Shown piece after piece: positions 51,146 to 59,155 of a stretch of 64,000 nucleotides of DNA. How positions within the stretch are numbered: the stretch's first letter is position 1; every line of letters begins with the position of its first letter. The notes under the pieces were generated by a model, which searched no databases, had not been told where the DNA came from, and saw nothing but the letters and a program-made list of their open reading frames with translations. Position numbers and translations under genes: made by a program. The stretch is from contig CANRFO010000008.1 of the NCBI GenBank assembly GCA_947629925.1, forward strand, positions 14,722 to 78,721. The letters are read 5' to 3'. The DNA is from an uncultured Ruminiclostridium sp. (GTDB lineage: Bacteria; Bacillota; Clostridia; Oscillospirales; Ruminococcaceae).

Positions 51146-51240
51146 GCGGCGAAGCCGCCGACGCCGAAGGCGTCGGGCAGGACTTGCGGAGCAAGTCCTG
51201 CCGTTTGGAGCGCTCCGCGCTCCAAACGCGGCTTCGCCGC
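51146..51240. repeat. Multi-hairpin palindromic element, family A, copy 3
   Basis: gcggcgaagccgc + three perfect hairpins (loops gaa, gga, tcc) + gcggcttcgccgc; right flank shares cgcacatcttccc...cccacc.caaaaagaaaaa with copy 1. Confidence 0.85.
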
Positions 51241-51365
51241 CCCTCCGCCCGCACATCTTCCCTCCTGCGCACTGCACTGCAATTTGCCAAATCCCCACCA
51301 CAAAAAGAAAAAACAAAAAAGCGTTCTGCTCCAAGCAAAACGCTTTTTTCATATTAACACAACCG

Positions 51366-52739
51366 TCAACTATCAGCTGCCAATTTCCCGCTGTCAACCA
51401 CCTCATTATACTTCTTCTTCATTCCATGCATTTTTATATTATAGATGATAACCAAGAACACCGTCGCCGCCGACCACGCCACAGGCGACGCAAAGCACGC
51501 CGCGTCAAATCCGAACACGGGCACGAACCCCAGCGATACCACCGCTCTTGCGATAAGCTCGCTTGCTCCCGCCATCATAGGGAGCAGTGAAAATCCCAGC
51601 CCCTGCAAGCCGTTGCGGGTGATGAACAGTATGGAAAGCACAGGATAGAATATGGCGTTTATCCCGATAAAGTACACCGCCTGGCTGATGACCTCCGTTT
51701 CCTCGGCGTCAACGAACAGCAGACACAGCGGACCGCTGAATATCCACACCACCGTCGCCGCCGCAAGAGAGTAGATAAGCCCGCAGGCAAATGCACGGTG
51801 CATTCCCTGAGTTATGCGGGGTATCTTTCCTGCGCCTAAATTCTGCCCGCCGTAGGTCGCCATAGTGATACCCAGCGTTTCCATAGGCGCCACCATCATA
51901 TTCTGCATTTTGCTGGCGGCAGTTACGGCGGCAACGTACACCTTGCCCAGACTGTTAACTGCGCTTTGCAGCAGGATAGAGCCGATAGCGGTTATGGAAA
52001 ACTGAAGTCCCATAGGGACGCTTATCCTTGTCAGCGCCAATATCCGATTTCCCGAAAAGGCAAGCTCCCCCTTTTCAAAGCGGAGTATAGGGTAGCTCCT
52101 TCTCATATAAATAAGGCAGAGAACGCCCGAGATGCCTTGAGAAATGACCGTTGCCCAGCCTGCTCCCGCCACGCCCATATTAAATACTATTATAAATAAA
52201 AGGTCAAGCCCTATATTGATTATTGAGGAAAGTATGAGAAAGTACAGCGGCGTTCTGCTGTCCCCCATAGCGCGGAGTATCCCCGCCATAAGATTGTACA
52301 TCATTGTGACGCATATCCCGCCGAAGATGACAACTATGTAATCGTAAGCAAGGTCGATTATGTCGGCGGGCGTCTGCATTATCTGCAAAAGGGGATAGCA
52401 CAGCGATACCGCCAGCGCCGTCACGATAACGGTAGTTATGGCGCAAAGGTAAATGGCATTTGCTATCATTTTTCTCATTTCGGAATAATTCCCGCCGCCG
52501 AAGTGCTGGGCGGGTAGTATGCAGGAGCCGCTGGTTATCCCTGTTGTGAAGCCGATGATGAGAAAGCTCACCGAACCTGTCGAGCCCACCGCCGCCAGGG
52601 AATCCACGTCTATGAACTTGCCCACGATTATGGTATCAACCATGCTGTAAAGCTGCTGAAACAGGTTACCCAAAAGCATAGGCAGGCAAAAGCCCAGTAT
52701 CAGGGACAAGGGTTTTCCGTGGGTCATTTCCTTTACCAT
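51366..52739 (-). CDS. MATE-family efflux transporter
   Basis: PMLLGNLFQQLYSMVDTIIVG, LRAMGDSRTPL, NIGLDLLFI..GVAGAGWAT, GQNLGAG; about 12 TM helices. Confidence 0.93.
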   Translation of the reverse strand: MVKEMTHGKPLSLILGFCLPMLLGNLFQQLYSMVDTIIVGKFIDVDSLAAVGSTGSVSFLIIGFTTGITSGSCILPAQHFGGGNYSEMRKMIANAIYLCAITTVIVTALAVSLCYPLLQIMQTPADIIDLAYDYIVVIFGGICVTMMYNLMAGILRAMGDSRTPLYFLILSSIINIGLDLLFIIVFNMGVAGAGWATVISQGISGVLCLIYMRRSYPILRFEKGELAFSGNRILALTRISVPMGLQFSITAIGSILLQSAVNSLGKVYVAAVTAASKMQNMMVAPMETLGITMATYGGQNLGAGKIPRITQGMHRAFACGLIYSLAAATVVWIFSGPLCLLFVDAEETEVISQAVYFIGINAIFYPVLSILFITRNGLQGLGFSLLPMMAGASELIARAVVSLGFVPVFGFDAACFASPVAWSAATVFLVIIYNIKMHGMKKKYNEVVDSGKLAADS

Positions 52740-52967
52740 AGCGCCGTCTCCTTTCAATATATTGTGTCTGCGATCGTCTTTATACTATTTTACATATTTT
52801 TTCCTTTTTTGCAATAGTTTTCTTGCCGTTTCTCGGCTTTTCGTGTATAATAAATTTGTAATATTTTACCATTGTCCTTGATTATAACAAAAAAGTTTCA
52901 GCAATACAGTGAAAAAATTATAGTGAAATTCTACAAAATTTTCCTTATAAAATTTCTAAAAATGATA

Positions 52968-52996
52968 TTGCAAAATACATCATATAGTGGTATAAT
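52968..52996 (+). promoter_or_regulatory. Sigma-A promoter with an NrdR-box-like sequence in its spacer
   Basis: TTGCAA-17 bp-TATAAT; 52975-52990 atacatcatatagtgg matches the NrdR consensus acaCwAtATaTwGtgt at 12 of 16 positions. Confidence 0.55.
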
Positions 52997-53069
52997 ACAA
53001 AACGGACAACAAAATAAGCTTGTTACCAAATAAAATTTTATAAATTCAAAATACGGAAAGGAAAACAAA

Positions 53070-53375
53070 ATGGTTAAAGTAAATGTTATCGGCGGCGTTC
53101 TTACCGACGCAGAAAAAGAAGCTTATGTACAGAGAGCAAGAACTCTTTATCCCGAAAAGCGCATCAGCGAAATGAATATCACCGTTGTTGACGATAATTA
53201 CGTTGATATAGAGTATCATTACGACACAACGCCCTTCCAGCGTATCCGCCGTATCACGGGATACCTTGTAGGTACACTTGACCGTTTTAACGACGCAAAG
53301 CGCGCTGAAGTAGGCGACAGAGTAAAGCACAGCGTTACCGTTTCCAATTTTGAAGATGTTTATATGGACGCGTGA
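53070..53375 (+). CDS. Stand-alone NrdD C-terminal glycyl-radical domain protein
   Basis: 101 aa, strong RBS; RIRRITGYLVGTLDRFNDAKRAEVGDRVKH matches the class III RNR glycyl-radical loop; no Cys, no catalytic barrel; monocistronic. Confidence 0.8.
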   Translation: MVKVNVIGGVLTDAEKEAYVQRARTLYPEKRISEMNITVVDDNYVDIEYHYDTTPFQRIRRITGYLVGTLDRFNDAKRAEVGDRVKHSVTVSNFEDVYMDA

Positions 53376-53422
53376 TAGGCTGTCAGAAGTAAAGTTTTGA
53401 TTTTTCCCCCTAATGCATAATT

Positions 53423-53460
53423 AAAAAAACACAGGTTTTTCATGAAAACCTGTGTTTTTT
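53423..53460. terminator. Bidirectional terminator (family-B core)
   Basis: aaaaaaacacaggttttt-catg-aaaacctgtgtttttt between convergent genes. Confidence 0.75.
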
Positions 53461-53482
53461 ATGTCCGATGATTTCAGTCAGC

Positions 53483-54307
53483 TCAGAAGATCAGCTCAGG
53501 GTCAAGGATATCAAGTCGGAATAATGCTTCCAGCAGCCATGCGTCCTCACATTCGTCCCGCCACTGTTCGGGTATCTCCTTGTACGGCTGAAGCGTGGGG
53601 CAAGGCGCGCCTTCCTGCCATGCGTTGAGATGCTCGTGATAAGGCGCTCCCGGGTCTCTCGTGAACACGATCGACAGGTTGCCGCCGTTATTTTCCAGTT
53701 CCTCAACTGTAACGTTTATCCTGCCGTTTATCCCGTTATAGGCGCCGTTTTCGCCGCCCATTTCGCCTGCGCCTGTCCAGCCTGCTCCTTCAAGATAAAC
53801 CATGTCTACCACTGCGTATTGGTCTGCGGTGCCGCCTGCTATGACATAATTTTCGTACCCCGTGTCCTCGTTGACGTAAGAGTAGATATAAGGCGTCTGC
53901 CTGTCTATAAGGTCGGTGATGTCGATCCTTGTGTTTTCGATGCTGAAGTACAGTCTGCCGTCCTCAAGGGTGAGCAGGTCGGAATAATCTTCATTTTTTA
54001 CGTTCAGTTCATAGCCGTAAGCTCCGCCGTGCTGTTCGTATTCAAAAACAGTGCCTGTGGCGGAGGTGATCGTATGCTTCGGAAACTGAGCTTTCGCCAC
54101 GACCGTTCCCGTCATGGCGAGCGCCGCCGCTGCCGCTGCCGCTATCATCACCTTGGACAGCGGCTTTACCTTGGTCTTTTTCGCAGGCTTTACCTGCTCC
54201 ATAACGGTTTTCAGGACTTTTTCGGTATCCGCTCCCGCTTCGCCCTCAAGGTTGAACTCGTTGTCCGTGTAGTTGTCCATAAGTCGGGAAATATTTATTT
54301 CTTTCAT
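53483..54307 (-). CDS. ECF partner (putative anti-sigma factor) 4, single TM
   Basis: N-terminal ISRLMDNYTDNEF, basic patch, Ala-rich TM, extracytoplasmic domain; ATGA-coupled to the sigma gene. Confidence 0.7.
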   Translation of the reverse strand: MKEINISRLMDNYTDNEFNLEGEAGADTEKVLKTVMEQVKPAKKTKVKPLSKVMIAAAAAAALAMTGTVVAKAQFPKHTITSATGTVFEYEQHGGAYGYELNVKNEDYSDLLTLEDGRLYFSIENTRIDITDLIDRQTPYIYSYVNEDTGYENYVIAGGTADQYAVVDMVYLEGAGWTGAGEMGGENGAYNGINGRINVTVEELENNGGNLSIVFTRDPGAPYHEHLNAWQEGAPCPTLQPYKEIPEQWRDECEDAWLLEALFRLDILDPELIF

Positions 54308-54840
54308 TCTGTGTAACCCTCCTTCTCAAGAATATCTTTCAGCTTCTCCCTGCCTCTGCAAAGCCATGCCTTGGCAGTAGACAGATTTATCTGCATTTCT
54401 TCGGCGGCTTCTTTTACCGTCTGCCCGTAGTAATAGTGCCGCACGAAAAGCTCCCTGTGAGGCTTTTCAAGCTGTGACAGCGCTTTTTCCAGCAGTATCG
54501 CGGCGTCGGTATGCTCTGCCGCTTCTTCAACGCTCCGCTCCTCAATAAATATCACGCCTTCCTCTAAAGGAAGATCCTCGTGCAGGCCGCGAAGCCTGAC
54601 AAAAGCCTTGTTGCGGGCGACTGAGCCTAAAAAGCCCTTTATCTTTCCCTCCTGAAGCTTCCCGCGGCTGTTCCATGCCACAAGAAAGACTTCGGAGGTA
54701 AGCTCCTCGCAGTCCTCCGTCCTGCCGCCCAATATGCGCCTTATTATTGAGGAGACATACGCCGTGTAGCGTCTTATAAGCTCCTCAAGCGCGGCAGTAT
54801 CGCCTTTTTGCAGAGCTTTCAGAAGCTCCTGCTCGGTCAC
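54304..54840 (-). CDS. ECF sigma-70 factor 4
   Basis: Region 2 DCEELTSEVFLVAW..FLGSVARNKA; region 4 RELFVRHYYYGQTVKEAAEEMQINLSTAKAWLCRGREKLK; GTG start after AGGAGG. Confidence 0.92.
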   Translation of the reverse strand: MTEQELLKALQKGDTAALEELIRRYTAYVSSIIRRILGGRTEDCEELTSEVFLVAWNSRGKLQEGKIKGFLGSVARNKAFVRLRGLHEDLPLEEGVIFIEERSVEEAAEHTDAAILLEKALSQLEKPHRELFVRHYYYGQTVKEAAEEMQINLSTAKAWLCRGREKLKDILEKEGYTE

Positions 54841-55004
54841 GGCGTTCACCTCCTGATACGCTTGCTTCTGAAGTACTTCTGTTATAATATCACATTTTTG
54901 AGGCTTTTGGTTGCAAATGTGCGAAAAATTTCAAAAATCACCTCCGCTGTAAAAGGGAACGCCGCTTTTCTGATTCGGTTTCGGCTTTCCTTTTTTGCAA
55001 AACA

Positions 55005-55033
55005 AAAAGCCTGTAAAAAATTACAGGCTTTAA
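55005..55033 (-). terminator. Terminator between ECF pairs 3 and 4
   Basis: aaaagcctgt-aaaaaatt-acaggctttt. Confidence 0.7.
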
Positions 55034-55056
55034 AATTATTCTTTTAAATAACTGTA

Positions 55057-55737
55057 TCAGTCATTGATATATATGCTGACGGTCCCGTCCTCGTTCTCAA
55101 CGCGGGTAACGGAATCCTCATCCACAACCTTAAGCTCCAGCTCCTGTCCGTCCTCGGTGACGAGCTTGCCGTTTTCAAAGTTGTAGGTCACTGTTTTCTC
55201 AGCGGAAACGACGTCGCCGTTCACGGTGTAGGTCACGTTATCATCAAGCGAACCCTCGTATTGGATCTCGATGTCGTCGCTGTCTATTTCGCTGTTGCTT
55301 TCCAGCGATCCGTCGTATCGGATCCTGACGTCATAGTCGTCTGCTGTAATATCGCTGTCATACAGTATCTTTATGTCGTCGCTGTCCACCTCCTGAATTT
55401 CAAGCACGTTTCCGTCCTCGTCAATGATCTTTCCGTCATCAACGAAGGTGTAGGTCTTGAGCGCCTCGGAAGAAACGGCTTTTCCGTCCACGGTATAAGT
55501 TACCCATACTTCATGCACAGCGGTGGCGGCGGCGGAGACCGCTCCAGTCAGCGCAGCTGCCGCAGCGACAGCTATAAGCGCCTTGAACAGCGGCTTTACC
55601 TTTGTTTTCTTCTTGGGGCTTATTCGCTCCGTAACGGCTTTTATCGCCTTTTCGGCGTCCACCGTCTGCTGCCCCTCAAGAAACAGCTCGTTATCCGTAT
55701 AATCATTCATAAGCTCTGAAATTTTTAATTCTTTCAT
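55057..55737 (-). CDS. ECF partner (putative anti-sigma factor) 3, single TM, internally duplicated acidic domain
   Basis: KISELMNDYTDNEL, Ala-rich TM; two copies of VTYTV(D/N)G..V S..TY.F..GK...EDG..LE...VD. Confidence 0.7.
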   Translation of the reverse strand: MKELKISELMNDYTDNELFLEGQQTVDAEKAIKAVTERISPKKKTKVKPLFKALIAVAAAAALTGAVSAAATAVHEVWVTYTVDGKAVSSEALKTYTFVDDGKIIDEDGNVLEIQEVDSDDIKILYDSDITADDYDVRIRYDGSLESNSEIDSDDIEIQYEGSLDDNVTYTVNGDVVSAEKTVTYNFENGKLVTEDGQELELKVVDEDSVTRVENEDGTVSIYIND

Positions 55738-56261
55738 ACTGTGTAACCTTCTTTCTCAAGAATATCTTTCAGCTTTTCCCTGCCTCTGCAAAGCCATGTT
55801 TTGGCGGTGGAAAGGTTCAGCTCCATTTCCTTTGCCGCTTCACAGAGCGTCTGCCCGTAGTAATAATGCCGCACAAACAGCTCACGCTGTTTTGTCTCAA
55901 GCTGTGACAGCGCCTTTTCTATCAGCAGGGCGGTGTCTACGTTCTCGCTTTCCTCCGTCCTGTCAAGAACTATTATATCCTCCTCCAGCGGCAGGCTTTC
56001 ATGCCTTGTCTTCAGCAGGTTGAACGCCTTGTTCCTCGCCACCGTTCCCAGCCAGCTTTTAAGCTTTCCCTCCTGAAGAATGCTGCGGTTCTCCCACGCG
56101 GCGGTGAAAACGTCGTAGGTCAGCTCCTCGCAATCCTCGGCGCTCCCTCGTACTATCCTGCCGACTATGGAGGAAACATAGCGGATATAGCGGCGGATAA
56201 GTTCTTCAAGAGCGGCTGTTTCTCCTTTGTGAAGAGAAGCTATCAGTTCCTCCTCGCTCAA
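55734..56261 (-). CDS. ECF sigma-70 factor 3
   Basis: DCEELTYDVFTAAW..WLGTVARNKA; RELFVRHYYYGQTLCEAAKEMELNLSTAKTWLCRGREKLK; TTG start 56261 after AAGGAGG. Confidence 0.92.
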   Translation of the reverse strand: MSEEELIASLHKGETAALEELIRRYIRYVSSIVGRIVRGSAEDCEELTYDVFTAAWENRSILQEGKLKSWLGTVARNKAFNLLKTRHESLPLEEDIIVLDRTEESENVDTALLIEKALSQLETKQRELFVRHYYYGQTLCEAAKEMELNLSTAKTWLCRGREKLKDILEKEGYTV

Positions 56262-56362
56262 GCGCAGTCCCTCCTTTCGCGGAATGTTTCCGAAGTACTT
56301 CTGTATATAATAACAATCGGGAAAGGCAAAAAGTTTCAAAAGAAAAAATTTTTCAAAAAAAT

Positions 56363-56388
56363 AACAGCCTGTGAAAATCACAGGCTGT
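56363..56388 (-). terminator. Terminator between ECF pairs 2 and 3
   Basis: acagcctgtga-aaa-tcacaggctgt with an A-tract on the plus strand. Confidence 0.65.
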
Positions 56389-56420
56389 CGGAAAAATTAT
56401 GGGATCTGAACCGCGCCGAA

Positions 56421-57218
56421 TCAGGGAAGCAGCGCAGGGTCAATCATATCAACGCTCAGCATCGCGTTGAGCAGCCAAGCGTCCATGCACTCGTCGCGCC
56501 AATTGTCGGGAACGTCGGTGGAGGTCACCTGACCGTCGGAAAATACGATGAAGTGTGAATGATAAGGCCAACCGCCCTCTACGGGGTGGACCTCGCCGTT
56601 TTCTCTCACATAGCTCTTTCTGAAGGATATACGCACTACATCTTCTTCAACGTCTGCTGATACGGCGTTTCCGTCTATGCTGTCCATGCAGCCGTATCCG
56701 CTCCAGCCGATACCGTCAAGGTAGGAAAAGTCTACCATGCAGTATTCTTCGGGAGTTCCGCCAAGAACGATATAGCTCTTTCTTCCAGTGTCCGCATTGG
56801 TGTAGGCGTAGATATAAGGCGTTTGGTTGTCGATAAGGTCGGTGACGTCGGTGGTATTGTCCCCTAATCTGAATATCAGTCTTCCGTCCTCAAGAGTTAA
56901 TATGTCGGCTTGATTTCCCGCGGTCGCTGATATGTTGTATCCGTCCTCATGCACCTCATAGTTATAGATAGAGCCTGAGGCGTCGGAAAGCTGTCCGCTG
57001 ATCACCGCTGCCGCCGCTGTCGCTCCCACGGCAAGCGCTGCCGCTGCCGCCACTGCAATCATTATCTTTGCCGCGGGCTTTATTTTGGTCTTCTTCCCGC
57101 TTACGTTCTCGATAACGTTTTCTTTGATCTTGTCCATATTTACCTCGCTTTCTTCATCAATGAAAAATTCATTGTCGGTATAGTTATCCATAAGCTGAGA
57201 TATTTTTATTTCCGTCAT
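56421..57218 (-). CDS. ECF partner (putative anti-sigma factor) 2, single TM
   Basis: KISQLMDNYTDNEFF, Ala-rich TM, EDGRL..DVTDLIDNQTPYIY..YIVLGGT domain. Confidence 0.7.
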   Translation of the reverse strand: MTEIKISQLMDNYTDNEFFIDEESEVNMDKIKENVIENVSGKKTKIKPAAKIMIAVAAAAALAVGATAAAAVISGQLSDASGSIYNYEVHEDGYNISATAGNQADILTLEDGRLIFRLGDNTTDVTDLIDNQTPYIYAYTNADTGRKSYIVLGGTPEEYCMVDFSYLDGIGWSGYGCMDSIDGNAVSADVEEDVVRISFRKSYVRENGEVHPVEGGWPYHSHFIVFSDGQVTSTDVPDNWRDECMDAWLLNAMLSVDMIDPALLP

Positions 57219-57748
57219 AATGAATAACCTCCCTTTTCAAGTGTTTCTTTCAGCTTTTCCCTTCCGCGGGAAAGCCATGTCTTTGCGGTGGAAAAATTCA
57301 GCTTCATTTCCTCCGCCGCCTCTTTGACGGTCTCGCCGTAGTAATAGTGCCTTACGAACAGCTCCCGCTGTTTCGGCTCAAGCTGTTGGAGCGCCTCGTT
57401 CAGGAGCGCAGCAGTGTCCGCCTGCTCCGCCGCTTCCATCGGGTCTTCCCCGCTGAAAAGCAGATCCTCCTCAAGAGGAAGCTCTTCCTTCGCGCTTCGC
57501 AGGAAGTTGAACGCCCTGTTTCGGGCGATAGCGCCCAGATAGGCTTTAAGGTTCCCCTCCCGCAGCTCGCTCCTGTTGTTCCATACGGCGACAAAAACGT
57601 CCTGCGTCAGTTCCTCGCAGTCGCACGAACGCCCGCGCAATATTCTCGCAAGAACGGAATAAACGTACCTGCCGTAGCTGTCCATAAGCTGTTCAAGGGC
57701 TTTTATGTCGCCCCTTTTCAGCCTCGGGACTATCTCACGTCCGCCCAT
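57215..57748 (-). CDS. ECF sigma-70 factor 2
   Basis: DCEELTQDVFVAVW..YLGAIARNRA; RELFVRHYYYGETVKEAAEEMKLNFSTAKTWLSRGREKLK. Confidence 0.92.
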   Translation of the reverse strand: MGGREIVPRLKRGDIKALEQLMDSYGRYVYSVLARILRGRSCDCEELTQDVFVAVWNNRSELREGNLKAYLGAIARNRAFNFLRSAKEELPLEEDLLFSGEDPMEAAEQADTAALLNEALQQLEPKQRELFVRHYYYGETVKEAAEEMKLNFSTAKTWLSRGREKLKETLEKGGYSL

Positions 57749-57855
57749 TGACTGCTCCTTTCATATGATGAAGTCGGCTTCATATATCATAACACATTTT
57801 TTGGGAAAAGGGTTGCATTTTATAAAAAAATTCAAAAAATAAAAAGGCTGTTTAT

Positions 57856-57901
57856 AGCCGCCCCGCCATAGGAAAACCTGTGTTTTCCTATATCAGTGCG
57901 G
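57856..57901. repeat. REP-like repeat, family B, nested in a terminator loop
   Basis: gccgccccgccataggaaaacctgtgttttcctatatcagtgcggc enclosed by aaaaggctgt...acagcctttt. Confidence 0.65.
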
Positions 57902-57945
57902 CTTTTCACAGCCTTTTCAAAAGCATTTTAATTTTTATAATTCCA

Positions 57946-58620
57946 TCATCTGTTCACTGAAAATTCCATTATCTGTTCAATGTCCAGTCCCACGAGCCTG
58001 CCCTCGCTTTGAAGCTGTTTCATTCCGTTTATCTCCCAGTCATACATTTCCAAACGGTCGTTGGGGCCAATAGTTCTGACTGCGTAACTCATACCCCATT
58101 CACCGTCAAAAAGAGTATAGGAATCATAACCGTATTCATTAGGCGTTCCGCCTATAACTATATAGTTTTCGGCATTGTCAACATCAGCGGGTTGGTCGTG
58201 ACATTTGTAGATATAAGGCGTTTCCTCATCTATAAGGTCAGTTATGTCTGTCTTGCCGCCGTCAGCCGTTAAATAAAGCCTTCCGTTTTCCTCCAGCACA
58301 ACTGCCTCCATGTTGGTATTTGAGCTGTGGTGATACTTATATTCGTTGCCATTCACGTCTATATAGTAACCGTGATCCGTGCCGTCAAGACCGGTAAAAA
58401 TTATACGCTGTGCCGCCGCGCCCATTACAGCGGTCAAAGCCGCTGCTGCCGCTACCGCGGCTATTATTATCTTTTTCGCGGGCTTGCCGCGTTTTTTCAC
58501 ATTTTTCAGTACAATATCCTTTATCTCCTCGTTCTGCACTTCGGTTTCTCCCTCTATGCAGAACTCATTGTCGGTGTAATCGTCTAAAAGCTCACTTATT
58601 TTCACAGTTTTGCTCTCCAT
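57946..58620 (-). CDS. ECF partner (putative anti-sigma factor) 1, single TM
   Basis: KISELLDDYTDNEF, Ala-rich TM, ENGRL..DITDLIDEETPYIY..YIVIGGT domain. Confidence 0.7.
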   Translation of the reverse strand: MESKTVKISELLDDYTDNEFCIEGETEVQNEEIKDIVLKNVKKRGKPAKKIIIAAVAAAAALTAVMGAAAQRIIFTGLDGTDHGYYIDVNGNEYKYHHSSNTNMEAVVLEENGRLYLTADGGKTDITDLIDEETPYIYKCHDQPADVDNAENYIVIGGTPNEYGYDSYTLFDGEWGMSYAVRTIGPNDRLEMYDWEINGMKQLQSEGRLVGLDIEQIMEFSVNR

Positions 58621-59155
58621 AGTCGTAACCCTCCTTCAGTAAAATTTCTTTCAAAGTCTGCCGCCCTCGGCAAAGCCTTGTTTTTGCGGCGGAAAGGGAA
58701 AGTCCCAAAGCGTCCGCCGCCTCCGCCACGCTTTGCCCGTAATAGTAATGCCGCAGGAAAAGCTCTTTCGTGATCGGCTCAAGGCCGTTTACCGCCCTGT
58801 TCACAAGAAGTGCAGTCTCTTTTCGCTCCACCGCCTCGCAGGGCTGTTCGCCCTCGTCGAAAATTATCATATCCTCTTCAAGGGGAAGCTCCTCCCGCTC
58901 GTTTCTCAGCTTGTTGAAAGCCTTGTTGCGGGCGGCGGCGCCGAGATAGCCTTTCAGATTTTCAGCCCTCAGCTTTTCCCTGTTTTCCCAGACGGCAAGG
59001 AAAACGTCTGCCGAAAGCTCTCTGCAATCCTCGTTCCTGCCGCGGAGTATGCGGGAGATGACTGATGAAACGTATGCTCCGTATCTGTCGATAAGCTGCT
59101 CAAGGGCTTTTGTCTTCCCTTTCTTCAGTCCGTTCACTATGTCGCCGTCGGTCAT
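58592..59155 (-). CDS. ECF sigma-70 factor 1
   Basis: DCRELSADVFLAVW..YLGAAARNKA; KELFLRHYYYGQSVAEAADALGLSLSAAKTRLCRGRQTLK. Confidence 0.92.
   Translation of the reverse strand: MTDGDIVNGLKKGKTKALEQLIDRYGAYVSSVISRILRGRNEDCRELSADVFLAVWENREKLRAENLKGYLGAAARNKAFNKLRNEREELPLEEDMIIFDEGEQPCEAVERKETALLVNRAVNGLEPITKELFLRHYYYGQSVAEAADALGLSLSAAKTRLCRGRQTLKEILLKEGYDYGEQNCENK

Noticed and set aside
51009-51590. Cluster of short overlapping Arg/Ala-rich ORFs on both strands (similarly 15329-15643)
   Set aside because: By-product of the GC-rich palindromic family-A elements, which lack stop codons; no RBS or coding signature.
53006-53025. Second NrdR box downstream of the small nrdD-like promoter
   Set aside because: The match to consensus at the expected spacing is poor; only the first box is retained, with modest confidence.
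53483-59155. Shufflon or phase-variable inversion system in the ECF array
   Set aside because: All cassettes are co-oriented and complete; no recombinase or inverted recombination sites are visible.
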